DNA from: Candidatus Latescibacterota bacterium
Lineage (GTDB): Bacteria > Latescibacterota > UBA2968 > UBA8231
Length of the DNA: 64,000 nucleotides
Assembly: GCA_965215195.1 (NCBI GenBank)
Contig: CBDCDC010000002.1
Coordinates: forward strand, 1,152,001 to 1,216,000
Reading direction: 5' to 3'
The notes under the pieces: generated by a model
What the model saw: only the letters and a program-made list of their open reading frames with translations
The model's database searches: none
Told to the model about the DNA's origin: nothing
Program-made: the position numbers and the translations under genes
In this document: in pieces, positions 27,491 through 37,097 of the stretch
Layout: each line of letters begins with the position of its first letter
How positions within the stretch are numbered: position 1 is the stretch's first letter

Positions 27491-29481
27491 TACGCTACCC
27501 CTATTAACTTGGCGGTTTCAAGGGCTTCGGCATCGGCCTTGATGGAAAACCGAATGATGTATATCCCCGGCGGCACCATTGCGCCGCTCTCCCCCCTGCC
27601 ATCCCACGCCTCGCGGTACGCCCCTGCGGACCGCACGCCGGAGACGAGCCGACGCACCTCGATACCGGACAGATCAAAAACGCCGATATCGACCTCGAGA
27701 TCCCCGGCAAATTGGGCCAAGACAAAGTCGATATCGACCGCGTCATTGACCGCATCGCCGTTGGGCGTGACAATCGGAGTCAAAAGCTGGGTTTCGATTT
27801 TTGGCCGGGAATCAAGCGTGAAGATGTTGATCGTCCCGGTGCCCACATCACTGCTGGCGTCGCCGACCGCAATGGGATGAGGCGGTACATCGCCCGCACC
27901 CAGCAGCCAAGCATTGACTGGCGTATTGTGTTCGAGGAGCCGCAATTTGAAGGTGACTCGCAACGGCTGATTGTTGGCCTCTTGCACGGGGTCGAAAAAC
28001 ACCTCAAAGCCATCGACAGTCTCCACCACCTCGGCATCGCCGATCGCGACGAGCGGATCGCCCATCTGCAGTCCAGAAAAAACCGGCGGTGGGAAAGCCG
28101 CCAGCTTGACGCCGCGGAAACCCGCCAATCCCTCCGCGTCGAAGTCGGCGCGGATGTCATAGACGAACGATGTATCTACTCCGCCTGCAACAGCGATAAC
28201 TCCGCCCTGCGGGCTTAGATCATCCGCCAGCGCCACCTCGCCTACCGCGTTACTGACGAGCGCAGGCGAATGTTCCAAGCTCAGGGTGTCGATGCGGATC
28301 GTGGTTTCGGCGTCCCCTTGAAAAAAGAAGCGAAACTGAAAAAACTCGCGCGGACTAGGCAGATTGACCGGCAGGATTAGGGTGCCCGTCGCGTCGATTG
28401 TCAGGGGTGTCGACCACGGACTCCAGTTATCCCCGTCGTCGCGGATATCGCCCTTGACAAAGTCGCGCACCGGCCCTTGCTCCTCCGCCGGCAGTTCGAG
28501 ATAGTCAACCCGCTCCAATTCCTCGAGGACCTCGCCAGTGCTGGGATCCTGACGGAATAAGGCACGCCGTGGCAAATCGGCGTTGTACTCGGCGAATGAG
28601 ACCTCTGCAACAGAGCCGGTATCGCGGTCGCGGCGAAAATAAGACAGCGGCGTGTCGTCGGCGCCGCTGCGCATCTGCAGGACGGCGACTGGCCGCCGGT
28701 CTTCGCCTCCAGCGCCACGCACCAGCTTGGTCGCGTGAATCCGCAGTTGTCCAAAATTGACTGCTTCGCTAAAAGAATGCAGGTCGGAGACATAACTCGA
28801 CACTGGCACGAAACCCTCGCCGAAAATCTCAAATTCGGCCAAGTTGAAGGCCGACTTGGACAAAACCTTGAGTTGTAGAAAACGACCCTGCAAGGGCGGA
28901 AATTCCAAATCGACGACTTGGTTGCGGTTGCCCTCCACTCTCCGCAGCAACTGATAGGTCGGTCGGTTGATCTCGTTGAAGTCGGCTCCGTCGTTGACTA
29001 GCAACTCAAAAGCCTTGATAAAGGAGTCGGGATCGTTGGGATCGGGGTAGAAGCGCACTCGATTGATCGGGAAAGGAGACCCTAGATCCCAAAAGAAGGT
29101 CGCGCCCGCCTGATTGCGGATGCTCTTGAAGCTGGCCTCGGAGGAGCTGCTTGGGTCGCCGTCAACCAAGCGCAAGGGACCATTGATCTGGTTGAATAGA
29201 CCGTCGTTGGACCACGCCCGCGGCTGACCCACGGCCGTGAAATCAGGGGGTTGTCCCTTTAACCAAGTCAGACCGGAATCGCGCAGTAGCTGGATCAAAT
29301 TTTGGCCGCTGGTCAGTTCGAGCGACTGCAGCGAGCCATCGCTTTCCACCGCCCCGGTCTGCACGGAGGCCTGATCGGTCCACGACAGGCCTCCGCGACC
29401 GACTTGATAGACCTCTACCTGACCATAGGCCGCAGTGATCCATAGACATAGGACCACGGCTCTGATCCAGAGAGTGATCAT
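27487..29481 (-). CDS. Secreted protein with discoidin-like domain and FlgD-Ig CTD
   Basis: FWDLG..RFLQL..LAEFEIFG; VTPNGDAVND..FDLSG..WDGR..PPGIYI. Confidence 0.75.
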   Translation of the reverse strand: MITLWIRAVVLCLWITAAYGQVEVYQVGRGGLSWTDQASVQTGAVESDGSLQSLELTSGQNLIQLLRDSGLTWLKGQPPDFTAVGQPRAWSNDGLFNQINGPLRLVDGDPSSSSEASFKSIRNQAGATFFWDLGSPFPINRVRFYPDPNDPDSFIKAFELLVNDGADFNEINRPTYQLLRRVEGNRNQVVDLEFPPLQGRFLQLKVLSKSAFNLAEFEIFGEGFVPVSSYVSDLHSFSEAVNFGQLRIHATKLVRGAGGEDRRPVAVLQMRSGADDTPLSYFRRDRDTGSVAEVSFAEYNADLPRRALFRQDPSTGEVLEELERVDYLELPAEEQGPVRDFVKGDIRDDGDNWSPWSTPLTIDATGTLILPVNLPSPREFFQFRFFFQGDAETTIRIDTLSLEHSPALVSNAVGEVALADDLSPQGGVIAVAGGVDTSFVYDIRADFDAEGLAGFRGVKLAAFPPPVFSGLQMGDPLVAIGDAEVVETVDGFEVFFDPVQEANNQPLRVTFKLRLLEHNTPVNAWLLGAGDVPPHPIAVGDASSDVGTGTINIFTLDSRPKIETQLLTPIVTPNGDAVNDAVDIDFVLAQFAGDLEVDIGVFDLSGIEVRRLVSGVRSAGAYREAWDGRGESGAMVPPGIYIIRFSIKADAEALETAKLIGVAY

Positions 29482-29514
29482 CTTTATTAAAAACGAATGT
29501 ACACGCCGTTATTC

Positions 29515-30273
29515 TCAATCTGCGACCACACTCGCCTGCTGTGCATCCGAAAGATCATACCCCCGCAGGACCTCGCGTTCGAACAAAAAGCTGAGATCGA
29601 TCGTTTCAACTGCTTCGCCGGCGTAGTTAAAGCGGACGGCAATATCTTCGAGATCAAGGCGGATGTTCGTCACGTCGGCGGCGAGCAGGGGAAAAACTAG
29701 ATACCCCTCTTGTTCGCTGCCGCTAAAGACGGTGGTCGCCTCGGTGTACATGGATTGTCGGAGGATACTGGTGCGGCTTTTGAAATCGACTCGACCCTGG
29801 CCGGTGCGCCCCAGCCAGAAGGCGCGGAAATAAGCGTAAAGCTGGGCGTAGGAAAGCGATCGATAGATTCTGTTGTTGGTCGAGGTAATCGTCGCCTTCT
29901 GCGGGTCAATTACGACCTTGGGGAACTGGTAATTGCTCACTTTGAGCTGGATCACGGTAAAGCGCGATCGGGTCCAGTCCTCGCCAGGTAACTGCCAGTC
30001 GCCAAAGGTGTAGGGGTTGGTCGAAGCCGCTCCGCCGGTAGATGCGGCGGGAAATTGCCGGTTGAGTTCAGCGTCGATCATCGGCTTGAGATTGAGAGCC
30101 AGACGATTGAGGGTATAGGTGACTGAACCATCGTCGTTGACCACCATCCCTTCCGCCTGTTGGGCCATGGGCCGCAGGTCTTGCGGGAAATAGCGGCCAC
30201 AGCCCCCTATTGTGAGCAAGATACCAAGCAACAACAATCCGCGCATGTGCCAGATCCTTATCACGGGCGACAC
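29515..30273 (-). CDS. Hypothetical lipoprotein
   Basis: Hydrophobic signal ending IGGC; start may be the internal ATG (MRGLLLL). Confidence 0.7.
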   Translation of the reverse strand: MSPVIRIWHMRGLLLLGILLTIGGCGRYFPQDLRPMAQQAEGMVVNDDGSVTYTLNRLALNLKPMIDAELNRQFPAASTGGAASTNPYTFGDWQLPGEDWTRSRFTVIQLKVSNYQFPKVVIDPQKATITSTNNRIYRSLSYAQLYAYFRAFWLGRTGQGRVDFKSRTSILRQSMYTEATTVFSGSEQEGYLVFPLLAADVTNIRLDLEDIAVRFNYAGEAVETIDLSFLFEREVLRGYDLSDAQQASVVAD

Positions 30274-30277
30274 TCAA

Positions 30278-30318
30278 GTAATTCGGGGCAATGGCAAACG
30301 CCCATTGCCCCGAATTAC
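30278..30318. terminator. Perfect 17-bp stem-loop (terminator or mRNA-stabilising hairpin)
   Basis: GTAATTCGGGGCAATGG-caaacgc-CCATTGCCCCGAATTAC; no long U tract follows. Confidence 0.6.
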
Positions 30319-30345
30319 CTCTCTGCCAACCGACTTAGGTCATGC

Positions 30346-31275
30346 CTATTTATAGGCGTTTTTGATCTGACCCCAGGTTGAACTCTCCACCGCAGTCCCA
30401 GCATCGCCGCGACCATCGACATAGTCGCCAACCCGCAGCAACAAGGCGTGCGAGTAGTACTGGCGGGCCGAAGCCTCAGGGCCGCGCGAGGTGAAGTCGT
30501 TGTCGGGCGAACTGGAATCGCCGTCCTCGATCCAAAAGGAGAACGGCAGGCCAAAACCATCTTCACCGGCAACGTCGTCGAGCTGATGGACCTGGCTAAC
30601 TGCGGGACCGCCGTCCTCGAGGAACCAGAAGACTATGTAGTTGAACTCGTAGACCGTAGTACCGCCAGTAGGCCAGATATCAGCCGCCCAAGCTTCGGGC
30701 GGATCAACGGTCACCGAATAGTCCATGTATTCTGGGTCGCCGTACTGTATCCAAGCTTCCTGATCCAGCCAGCGATAGCGGATATTGGCGGGTGGGCTCA
30801 GATCGCCAGGCGCACCGAGCCACTCCATGTTGTAACCGGAGGGCAACTCGCGGCCGTGATCTTGAGGATCGAGAGCAAACTCGATCATTTCGCCCTCCCA
30901 GCGCTCGATGTTGGTGCCGTGATGATGCAACGTGTCATCGACGATCTCCAAGAACACGAACCAGCGATTGACATCGCCTCCCTTCCACCCCATAAACAGA
31001 GTGAAGCTGAGGTCGTCGCGGGTCGGCGACGGGCGATCGGCCTCATCGCGGAACTCCTCGGTGACGATCGTGTACTCGGGATCCCACCAGTCCCAATCAT
31101 CGGCCTTGCCATCCATCACCATATTGGCATCGTCGGGCACTTCGAGCATGTACCACTGGAAACCCATGCTACCATTGCGGGTCTCTATTGGAGGTGGGTC
31201 GTTAAACTGGGCGTTCGCCAGCCCGATAAAAGCTAAGCTGAACACACCCGTCAGGATGAGCTTACGCATCTGCAA
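30346..31275 (-). CDS. Secreted acidic protein (CBM9/DOMON-like) with C-terminal AVESSTWGQIK motif
   Basis: Signal peptide; MDGKADDW and IVDD motifs like DOMON/CBM9; ends TAVESSTWGQIKNAYK. Confidence 0.7.
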   Translation of the reverse strand: MQMRKLILTGVFSLAFIGLANAQFNDPPPIETRNGSMGFQWYMLEVPDDANMVMDGKADDWDWWDPEYTIVTEEFRDEADRPSPTRDDLSFTLFMGWKGGDVNRWFVFLEIVDDTLHHHGTNIERWEGEMIEFALDPQDHGRELPSGYNMEWLGAPGDLSPPANIRYRWLDQEAWIQYGDPEYMDYSVTVDPPEAWAADIWPTGGTTVYEFNYIVFWFLEDGGPAVSQVHQLDDVAGEDGFGLPFSFWIEDGDSSSPDNDFTSRGPEASARQYYSHALLLRVGDYVDGRGDAGTAVESSTWGQIKNAYK

Positions 31276-31438
31276 TCCCCTTTCTTTGGAGGTTGATACG
31301 AGAGAATATTGATTTACAACATGCTGCGATTGGCATAGATAAAAACGGCTAATACCCTAACAGTTCGCGTTGCGTAATATAATACGAGCCAACAAGGAAT
31401 CCAATCAAAAATTCACCAGAGCTTATATCTACCTCTAT

Positions 31439-32869
31439 TTATTTTAGCGATGGCTCTGGTTTTGCAGGGGCAACGGGCCGCACGAGTTGGACGCGGTCGA
31501 GCCCTATGAGGTAAATCTCTATTTCTCCTTTGCGTTCCTCCCGCAACCGGGCGATCAGATCATCCATTGCCTTATTTTCTTTAAAAGTGAGCAACGCCCC
31601 GCGAATGCTATCGCGAACCAGATCAAAACCCGCAACCTCCCCGTCCTCGCGGGTAAACATATCGGTATTTTCGTCGTAGAACGTGCGTATTTCCTCTTCC
31701 TTCACGTCTTGCTCTAGCGCCACCGCCTTGCCCTCGACGCGATAGAGCCACTGAATCAGCAATTCGTCGCGGCGGGTCTTGGTCTTGGTCCTAACCTCTG
31801 GATCATCATCGAGCTTCAGCCTGCGGGCCTCCGCCAGCATGATCTCCCGTCCCGCCAGCCCGTCGGCAGCCTTGTGCAATCTGGCACTGTCGAGAGACGC
31901 CGGATGTTTGACCCGGCCCAAGCGGTGATATTCCAGATATTCGCCGAGTGTCAACTCGCCGCCCTGCCAATTAAGCAGCACCAGATCCTTCCCCGACCAC
32001 TCCTTGACCCCGGGAGCTAGCGCCTGCAATCGCCGCATCGCCTTCGGGTTCAGCTTCAGCGCATAGTGCTGGCGCAACTCGTTGACATAGGCCTCCATGT
32101 CCCGCCCCCGCTTCACCTCGCGCAACCGGCGCTCCAACCAATCGCGGTCCGCGGCAAAACCCGTCTTGCGCCGCTCTTCGAGCTTGAAGACGTGGAAACC
32201 CGAACTAGTCTCGACTGGTTGCGGATAGACCTCGCCCGGCTTCATGCTTTTGAATGGTTCGATCAGCGGAGGCAGCAAGCCACCGGTTTTAACCCAACCG
32301 ACCCGACCGGCTCGCGCAAAACGTTTTTGAATGTGCGGCACCGAGTACAGCGGAAAAAGTTCGGCAAAGGTCTCTCCTTGGCCGAGTCGATCCAACACTT
32401 CCCACGCCTCTTCCTCGGTAGCGCAAACGATGTGCTGGCTATAGACCTCCGTGTCGAACTCCCGGTCGACGAAAAACACCTGTAACTCTTCTTCGGTTGA
32501 CGAATAATCACCCGTCAGTGCCGCGACCTCATAAAGCTTGCTCCGCAACGCCTGCTCTTCGACGCGCCGCACCTCCTCGGCGACCACCGTATCGCGGTCT
32601 AGCCCGCGCCGAATCCCTTCTTGCGCGAGCAATTCGTGGGCGATGATGCCGTCGAGAAAAACCTTTTTGGCCTGGGGGTCTTCAATGTCGATGTGGCGAA
32701 AACCCGTTTTCATCATGTTCTGCGCGCGCTGCTGAAACTCCGCAACCGAAATTTTCTCATCGCCCACGCGTACGACGTAGTCGGTTTGGGCAGTAGCCAC
32801 GCCGCAGCAGGCCCACAACGCGCAAGCGATGCCGGCAATGGATTTATTGGTAAGGTCAGTGAAGCGCAA
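31439..32869 (-). CDS. Peptidyl-prolyl cis-trans isomerase (PpiC/SurA-like)
   Basis: QHIVC..EEEA..GETFAEL..PVETSSGFHVFKL rotamase motif; signal peptide. Confidence 0.85.
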   Translation of the reverse strand: MRFTDLTNKSIAGIACALWACCGVATAQTDYVVRVGDEKISVAEFQQRAQNMMKTGFRHIDIEDPQAKKVFLDGIIAHELLAQEGIRRGLDRDTVVAEEVRRVEEQALRSKLYEVAALTGDYSSTEEELQVFFVDREFDTEVYSQHIVCATEEEAWEVLDRLGQGETFAELFPLYSVPHIQKRFARAGRVGWVKTGGLLPPLIEPFKSMKPGEVYPQPVETSSGFHVFKLEERRKTGFAADRDWLERRLREVKRGRDMEAYVNELRQHYALKLNPKAMRRLQALAPGVKEWSGKDLVLLNWQGGELTLGEYLEYHRLGRVKHPASLDSARLHKAADGLAGREIMLAEARRLKLDDDPEVRTKTKTRRDELLIQWLYRVEGKAVALEQDVKEEEIRTFYDENTDMFTREDGEVAGFDLVRDSIRGALLTFKENKAMDDLIARLREERKGEIEIYLIGLDRVQLVRPVAPAKPEPSLK

Positions 32870-32905
32870 TTAGATACTCTCCTTTTGTTGATTACCACCG
32901 TGTAC

Positions 32906-34564
32906 TCATGGGTCGGCCCCCTCCACCACGACAATTTCCCGGTCGGCAGCCAGTCCCACTAGCGTCTGCACCGCGCCGCTGGGCCAAAAGACCTGCAGGG
33001 TATCGATTGTCGCATACTGGCCCAACCCGATGGTCAATCGCACGTCGTTGCTGCCCATATAACCATAACCAGCGCGGACCTCCCGCACTTGGACCAAGTC
33101 GCCAGCCACCGCCCGCACCCTAGCACCGATGCCCTCCCGGTTGCTCTGGCGGCCCTCGGTGCGGACCCTGAGATAGTGGTTGGCGTTGCCGCCGTCGTTG
33201 CGCAGCAGGGTGCAATGGGGTGTGTCGGAGTCGGAAATAAAAAAATCAACATCGCCGTCGTTGTCGTAATCGCCGAAGACCGCTCCGTGACTTACCCTTT
33301 TGACGTGCATCCCCGGCCCGCTCTGGTCGCTGACCTCGATAAAGGAGCCGTCGCCGCGGTTGCGGAACAACTGGTTTTGCTGCGGATAGGTGGTGGAGGG
33401 GTCGTATTCGGCGACATTCTCATCGAGATGGCCGTTAGCAACGAAGACATCTAGGAAACCGTCGTTGTCGTAGTCGACGAAGGCAGCGGTCATACCAAGA
33501 TACGGCACACTCGCCACGCCCACTCCGGCGGCGAACGTCAAGTCGGTGAAGAAGCCGTCGCCATCGTTGTGGTAGAGGGTATTGGCCAGCCATTGGTAGG
33601 TAGCGACGATGATGTCGAGCCGCCCGTCGTTGTCGTAGTCGCCCAGATCGGCCCCCATCGCCGATTCGGCTAAGCCTTCTTCGTTGTAGGCGACCCCTGC
33701 CACTGCACCGTTTTCTGCGAAGGTCCCGTCGCCGTTGTTGACAAAGAGGAAATTGGGCTTCTTGTCGTTGGCGACGAAGAGGTCGGGGTCGCCATCGCCA
33801 TCTATATCGCCGAAGACGGCCGCCAACTGGCGACCGGAATCGTCGCGCAGACCGGCTGCGGCCGTCACATCGGCAAACGACCTCCCGTCGTCGTTGCGAT
33901 AGAGGACGCCCGTTTGCCCCGGATAGGTCGTTGGCCCGCAATACGACCGCACCTTGCCAGCGAAACACTCCACATTCTGCACTGGGTCAAAATCCATATA
34001 GTTGGCAACGTAGAGGTCGAGATCGCCATCGCCATCGTAGTCGGCAAAAGCCGCGTGCGTACCCCAACCCAGGTCTGCTGTACCAAGTTCGGACGCGATA
34101 TCGGCAAAAACCGCGTACCCGTCGTTTTCGTAGAGCCGGTTGGGCCCATAATTGGTGACATAGAGGTCGGGGTCGCCGTCGCTGTCGATATCGCCAACGG
34201 CTGCCCCCATGCCAAAGCCCTCATCCCCGGTCCTCGATTCTAAGGTGGCATTGACGAACGCGCCGTCAGCCCGATTGCGATAATAGGCATTGGAGCCGGT
34301 TGGTCCCGCATAGCCGGGCAGAGCCGCGCCATTGACGATGTACAAGTCGAGGAATCCGTCGCCGTCGCCATCGAAGAACGCCGCCCCAGACCCCACCGCC
34401 TCCGGCATGTATTTGGCCCCGCTGGCACCATTGATATAGCGGAAGTCGATGCCGGCCTCCACAGTAACCTCGACGAAACGAGGTGCGGCAGCACCCACCG
34501 CCCCGCCACTGACCGCCGACAGCCAAAGCACCCACCATTGACCGCGCAGCCACGACGACCTCAC
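32906..34564 (-). CDS. CRTAC1 family protein (FG-GAP repeats + ASPIC/UnbV)
   Basis: Repeated GDxDxDGxxDL motifs; C-terminal GIGARV...GY...WPSG. Confidence 0.92.
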   Translation of the reverse strand: MRSSWLRGQWWVLWLSAVSGGAVGAAAPRFVEVTVEAGIDFRYINGASGAKYMPEAVGSGAAFFDGDGDGFLDLYIVNGAALPGYAGPTGSNAYYRNRADGAFVNATLESRTGDEGFGMGAAVGDIDSDGDPDLYVTNYGPNRLYENDGYAVFADIASELGTADLGWGTHAAFADYDGDGDLDLYVANYMDFDPVQNVECFAGKVRSYCGPTTYPGQTGVLYRNDDGRSFADVTAAAGLRDDSGRQLAAVFGDIDGDGDPDLFVANDKKPNFLFVNNGDGTFAENGAVAGVAYNEEGLAESAMGADLGDYDNDGRLDIIVATYQWLANTLYHNDGDGFFTDLTFAAGVGVASVPYLGMTAAFVDYDNDGFLDVFVANGHLDENVAEYDPSTTYPQQNQLFRNRGDGSFIEVSDQSGPGMHVKRVSHGAVFGDYDNDGDVDFFISDSDTPHCTLLRNDGGNANHYLRVRTEGRQSNREGIGARVRAVAGDLVQVREVRAGYGYMGSNDVRLTIGLGQYATIDTLQVFWPSGAVQTLVGLAADREIVVVEGADP

Positions 34565-35787
34565 GGAGCCGCCTGCTGTCGGGCAGTGGCGAGGATCCGC
34601 CGTGCCAACGCGGCGTTGCGCTTGAGCCGCGGATCATCCGGGGCAAACCGCAAACCTTCGAGATAGCTTGCCAGTGCCAGCGGCACTTGCCGGAGCCGCA
34701 TCTGCACGTTGCCCAGCGCCAAATAGGACAACACATAGGTAGAATCCGCCTGTAGGGCACGGCGAAATAGGTCGAGCGCCGCTTCGAACCGCCCTTGCCG
34801 CAACTGGATATTACCTAGATTGTGGTACGAGGGTGCAAACGAGCTATCCCGGGAGATCGCCTGCATGTAGTGGATTTGGGCTTGGTCGTACTGGCCTCGG
34901 CGCGAGTAGATCATGCCCAGATCGTGATACACTGACGCTTGGTCGGGCGTTGTCAGCAGCGTATTCTTCAACGAGGAGATACCCCGCTCTTGCTCTTCGA
35001 GACGCTGGTAGAGGTCCAACTGGTGCTGTCCTTCTTCGCGCTGACCGGTGCGCAACAGGGCATTTCCCAAGTTGAAGCGGGCCAGCGCATAGAGCGAATC
35101 CAACCGCACCGCTTGCGTCAGTTCGCCGACAGCGGCAGCGTAATCGCGGCGGCGATAATAGCTGGCGGCTAGCCCATTGCGGTATTTGGCCACCGTTGAG
35201 TCGGCGGTGATGGCCTGGCGATACGCCCGCTCGGCAGCGGCGTAGTCGTTCAGTTTGCGCTGGACTTCACCGAGATGGTACCAGGCCTCGCCGTAGTCGC
35301 CTTTGGCGGCGATAGCGCGGCGATAGGCGAGTTGCGCTGCGCCGTAGCGTCCCTTGCTAAAGTGGATCTGTCCCAGCGATAGATGTGCCCACGCGTAATC
35401 AGGGCTGAGTTCAATTGCCTTTTCGAGTGTCGCTACCGCTTCGTCGTGGCGGTCGAGACGAGTCAGCAAAATCGCCAGCTCGGTGCGTGCTTTGGCATAA
35501 TTAGTCCGCAAAGCGATCGCCTCTTGATAGGCGGCGACCGCCTCGGCCAATTGTTGGTCCTTGGCATAGGCAGCGGCTAGTTTGCGGTGGCGGTCCGCCG
35601 ATCCGGGCTGACCCTGCACAGCCTGTTCGAAGGCCTGCACCGCCAGTCGGTAGTTCCCCTCTGCCATGTAGCGATCCCCCAGCACCTCGCTGGCATAGTC
35701 GGCATCGGCCACAGCGAGCGTGGCCCCCAGCATCACGGCCCATGCACCGCAGCATCCCAAGCAGGTCATGTCACTCCAAGCAGGCAT
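34561..35787 (-). CDS. TPR repeat protein
   Basis: TPR motifs AWYHLG, ARFNLGN, SYHNLGN; paralogue of 2189..3400. Confidence 0.88.
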   Translation of the reverse strand: MPAWSDMTCLGCCGAWAVMLGATLAVADADYASEVLGDRYMAEGNYRLAVQAFEQAVQGQPGSADRHRKLAAAYAKDQQLAEAVAAYQEAIALRTNYAKARTELAILLTRLDRHDEAVATLEKAIELSPDYAWAHLSLGQIHFSKGRYGAAQLAYRRAIAAKGDYGEAWYHLGEVQRKLNDYAAAERAYRQAITADSTVAKYRNGLAASYYRRRDYAAAVGELTQAVRLDSLYALARFNLGNALLRTGQREEGQHQLDLYQRLEEQERGISSLKNTLLTTPDQASVYHDLGMIYSRRGQYDQAQIHYMQAISRDSSFAPSYHNLGNIQLRQGRFEAALDLFRRALQADSTYVLSYLALGNVQMRLRQVPLALASYLEGLRFAPDDPRLKRNAALARRILATARQQAAP

Positions 35788-35857
35788 GATCTAATAGTCG
35801 CTAAGACCCACCTTTTTCACAACGTACCGCTATCGCCATTTTCGGCACATTATAGCT

Positions 35858-36802
35858 TCAATACCCTTTGCGCTTATCTATCACACTCACCAACGCCTCC
35901 CCGGCCAAGTAGCGCCGCAAGTTCTCGCAAAACAACGCCACGCACCGACGGTCGCGGTTGGGCGACCCCCCGGCCGTATGCGGCGTGAGCAGCGCGTTGT
36001 CCATCCGCCACAGCGGGTGATCCTCGGGCAGGGGCTCCTGCGGCACTACGTCCAATCCCGCCCCGCCGATCTGCCCCTCGGCAAGCGCCGCCAGCAAGGC
36101 CTGCTCATCGACGATCCGCCCTCGCGTGATATTGATCAACAGCGCGTGATTCCGCATCCGCGCAAACGCCTCTTGGTCGAACAGCCCGGCACTCTCGGCA
36201 GTCAGGGGTGCGCAAATCGCCACCACGTCGGATTGTTCCAACAGCGCGTGGAACTGATCCATCCCCCAGCAGGCTTCCACTGCTTCCGGCACTTCGACCT
36301 CTTCTGGATCCACTGCGATAATTCGCATTCCGAATGCGCTCGCGCGTTTTGCCAGCTCCCTCCCAGTCCCCCCCAATCCCACAATGCCCATCGTCTGCTC
36401 AACCAGTTCCCACGACGCAGCGCGAATCGGCCAGCGCTGCTCCCAGCGCGGCTTGCGCACGGCCGTGTGGAGCCCCCGCGTCAGCCCGAGCAGCAGCGCC
36501 ATCGCATGTTCGGCCAGATGCACCCCCACCCACCCCTTGGCGCTGCACAACACCACATCGCTGTCGACCAGTTCGGGGTGCAGCAACCCATCTACCCCCG
36601 CCCCCCAACTCTGCATCCACTTGAGCTTTTGCCGCCGGGCGAACATCTCCCGGCTTATATGCCCGCAGACGACCTCAATCTCCGGCATGACCGCCAAGGC
36701 CGCCGCATCCGAATCCACGCACACCACTTCCACTTCCTCGGACACCTGCCGAATTTTCTCTAGCAACTCCGCTGCTAAATCCATCCTCATCAAGACTTTC
36801 AT
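35858..36802 (-). CDS. D-2-hydroxyacid dehydrogenase
   Basis: GIVGLGGTG, LINITRG, LDV...EP, TPHTAG. Confidence 0.92.
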   Translation of the reverse strand: MKVLMRMDLAAELLEKIRQVSEEVEVVCVDSDAAALAVMPEIEVVCGHISREMFARRQKLKWMQSWGAGVDGLLHPELVDSDVVLCSAKGWVGVHLAEHAMALLLGLTRGLHTAVRKPRWEQRWPIRAASWELVEQTMGIVGLGGTGRELAKRASAFGMRIIAVDPEEVEVPEAVEACWGMDQFHALLEQSDVVAICAPLTAESAGLFDQEAFARMRNHALLINITRGRIVDEQALLAALAEGQIGGAGLDVVPQEPLPEDHPLWRMDNALLTPHTAGGSPNRDRRCVALFCENLRRYLAGEALVSVIDKRKGY

Positions 36803-36902
36803 ATGCTCTCCTTCCCCTGCGATTGTCCGTCCGCGGCCATAGGCCCTATTATTTGGCTCGTGTTACGCAGTTTTGCCCTCGCTTGGTCTAGGTCTGGTCG
36901 GC

Positions 36903-37058
36903 CCTGCCTCCAGATTGCCCCTCGGCGGTTCGGCGAAGCGGCTCAACGGAAGGCCCCACAGTCCGCCGCTAGATGCCCGCCCCGTGAAACAGGTGGCGCG
37001 GGAAGCCGCAGACCATACACAAGAGCCTGCCGCTCGGAGCGAAGCCTGCAGAGGCAGG
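36903..37058. ncRNA. Candidate structured RNA (long imperfect hairpin)
   Basis: Nested pairings CCTGCCTC/GAGGCAGG, CGGCGGTTC/GAGCCTGCCG and GCGGCT/AGCCGC in a divergent intergenic region. Confidence 0.3.
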
Positions 37059-37097
37059 ATTTGATTTTCCCAATCTCACCAACTACGGAAGCAGGTC

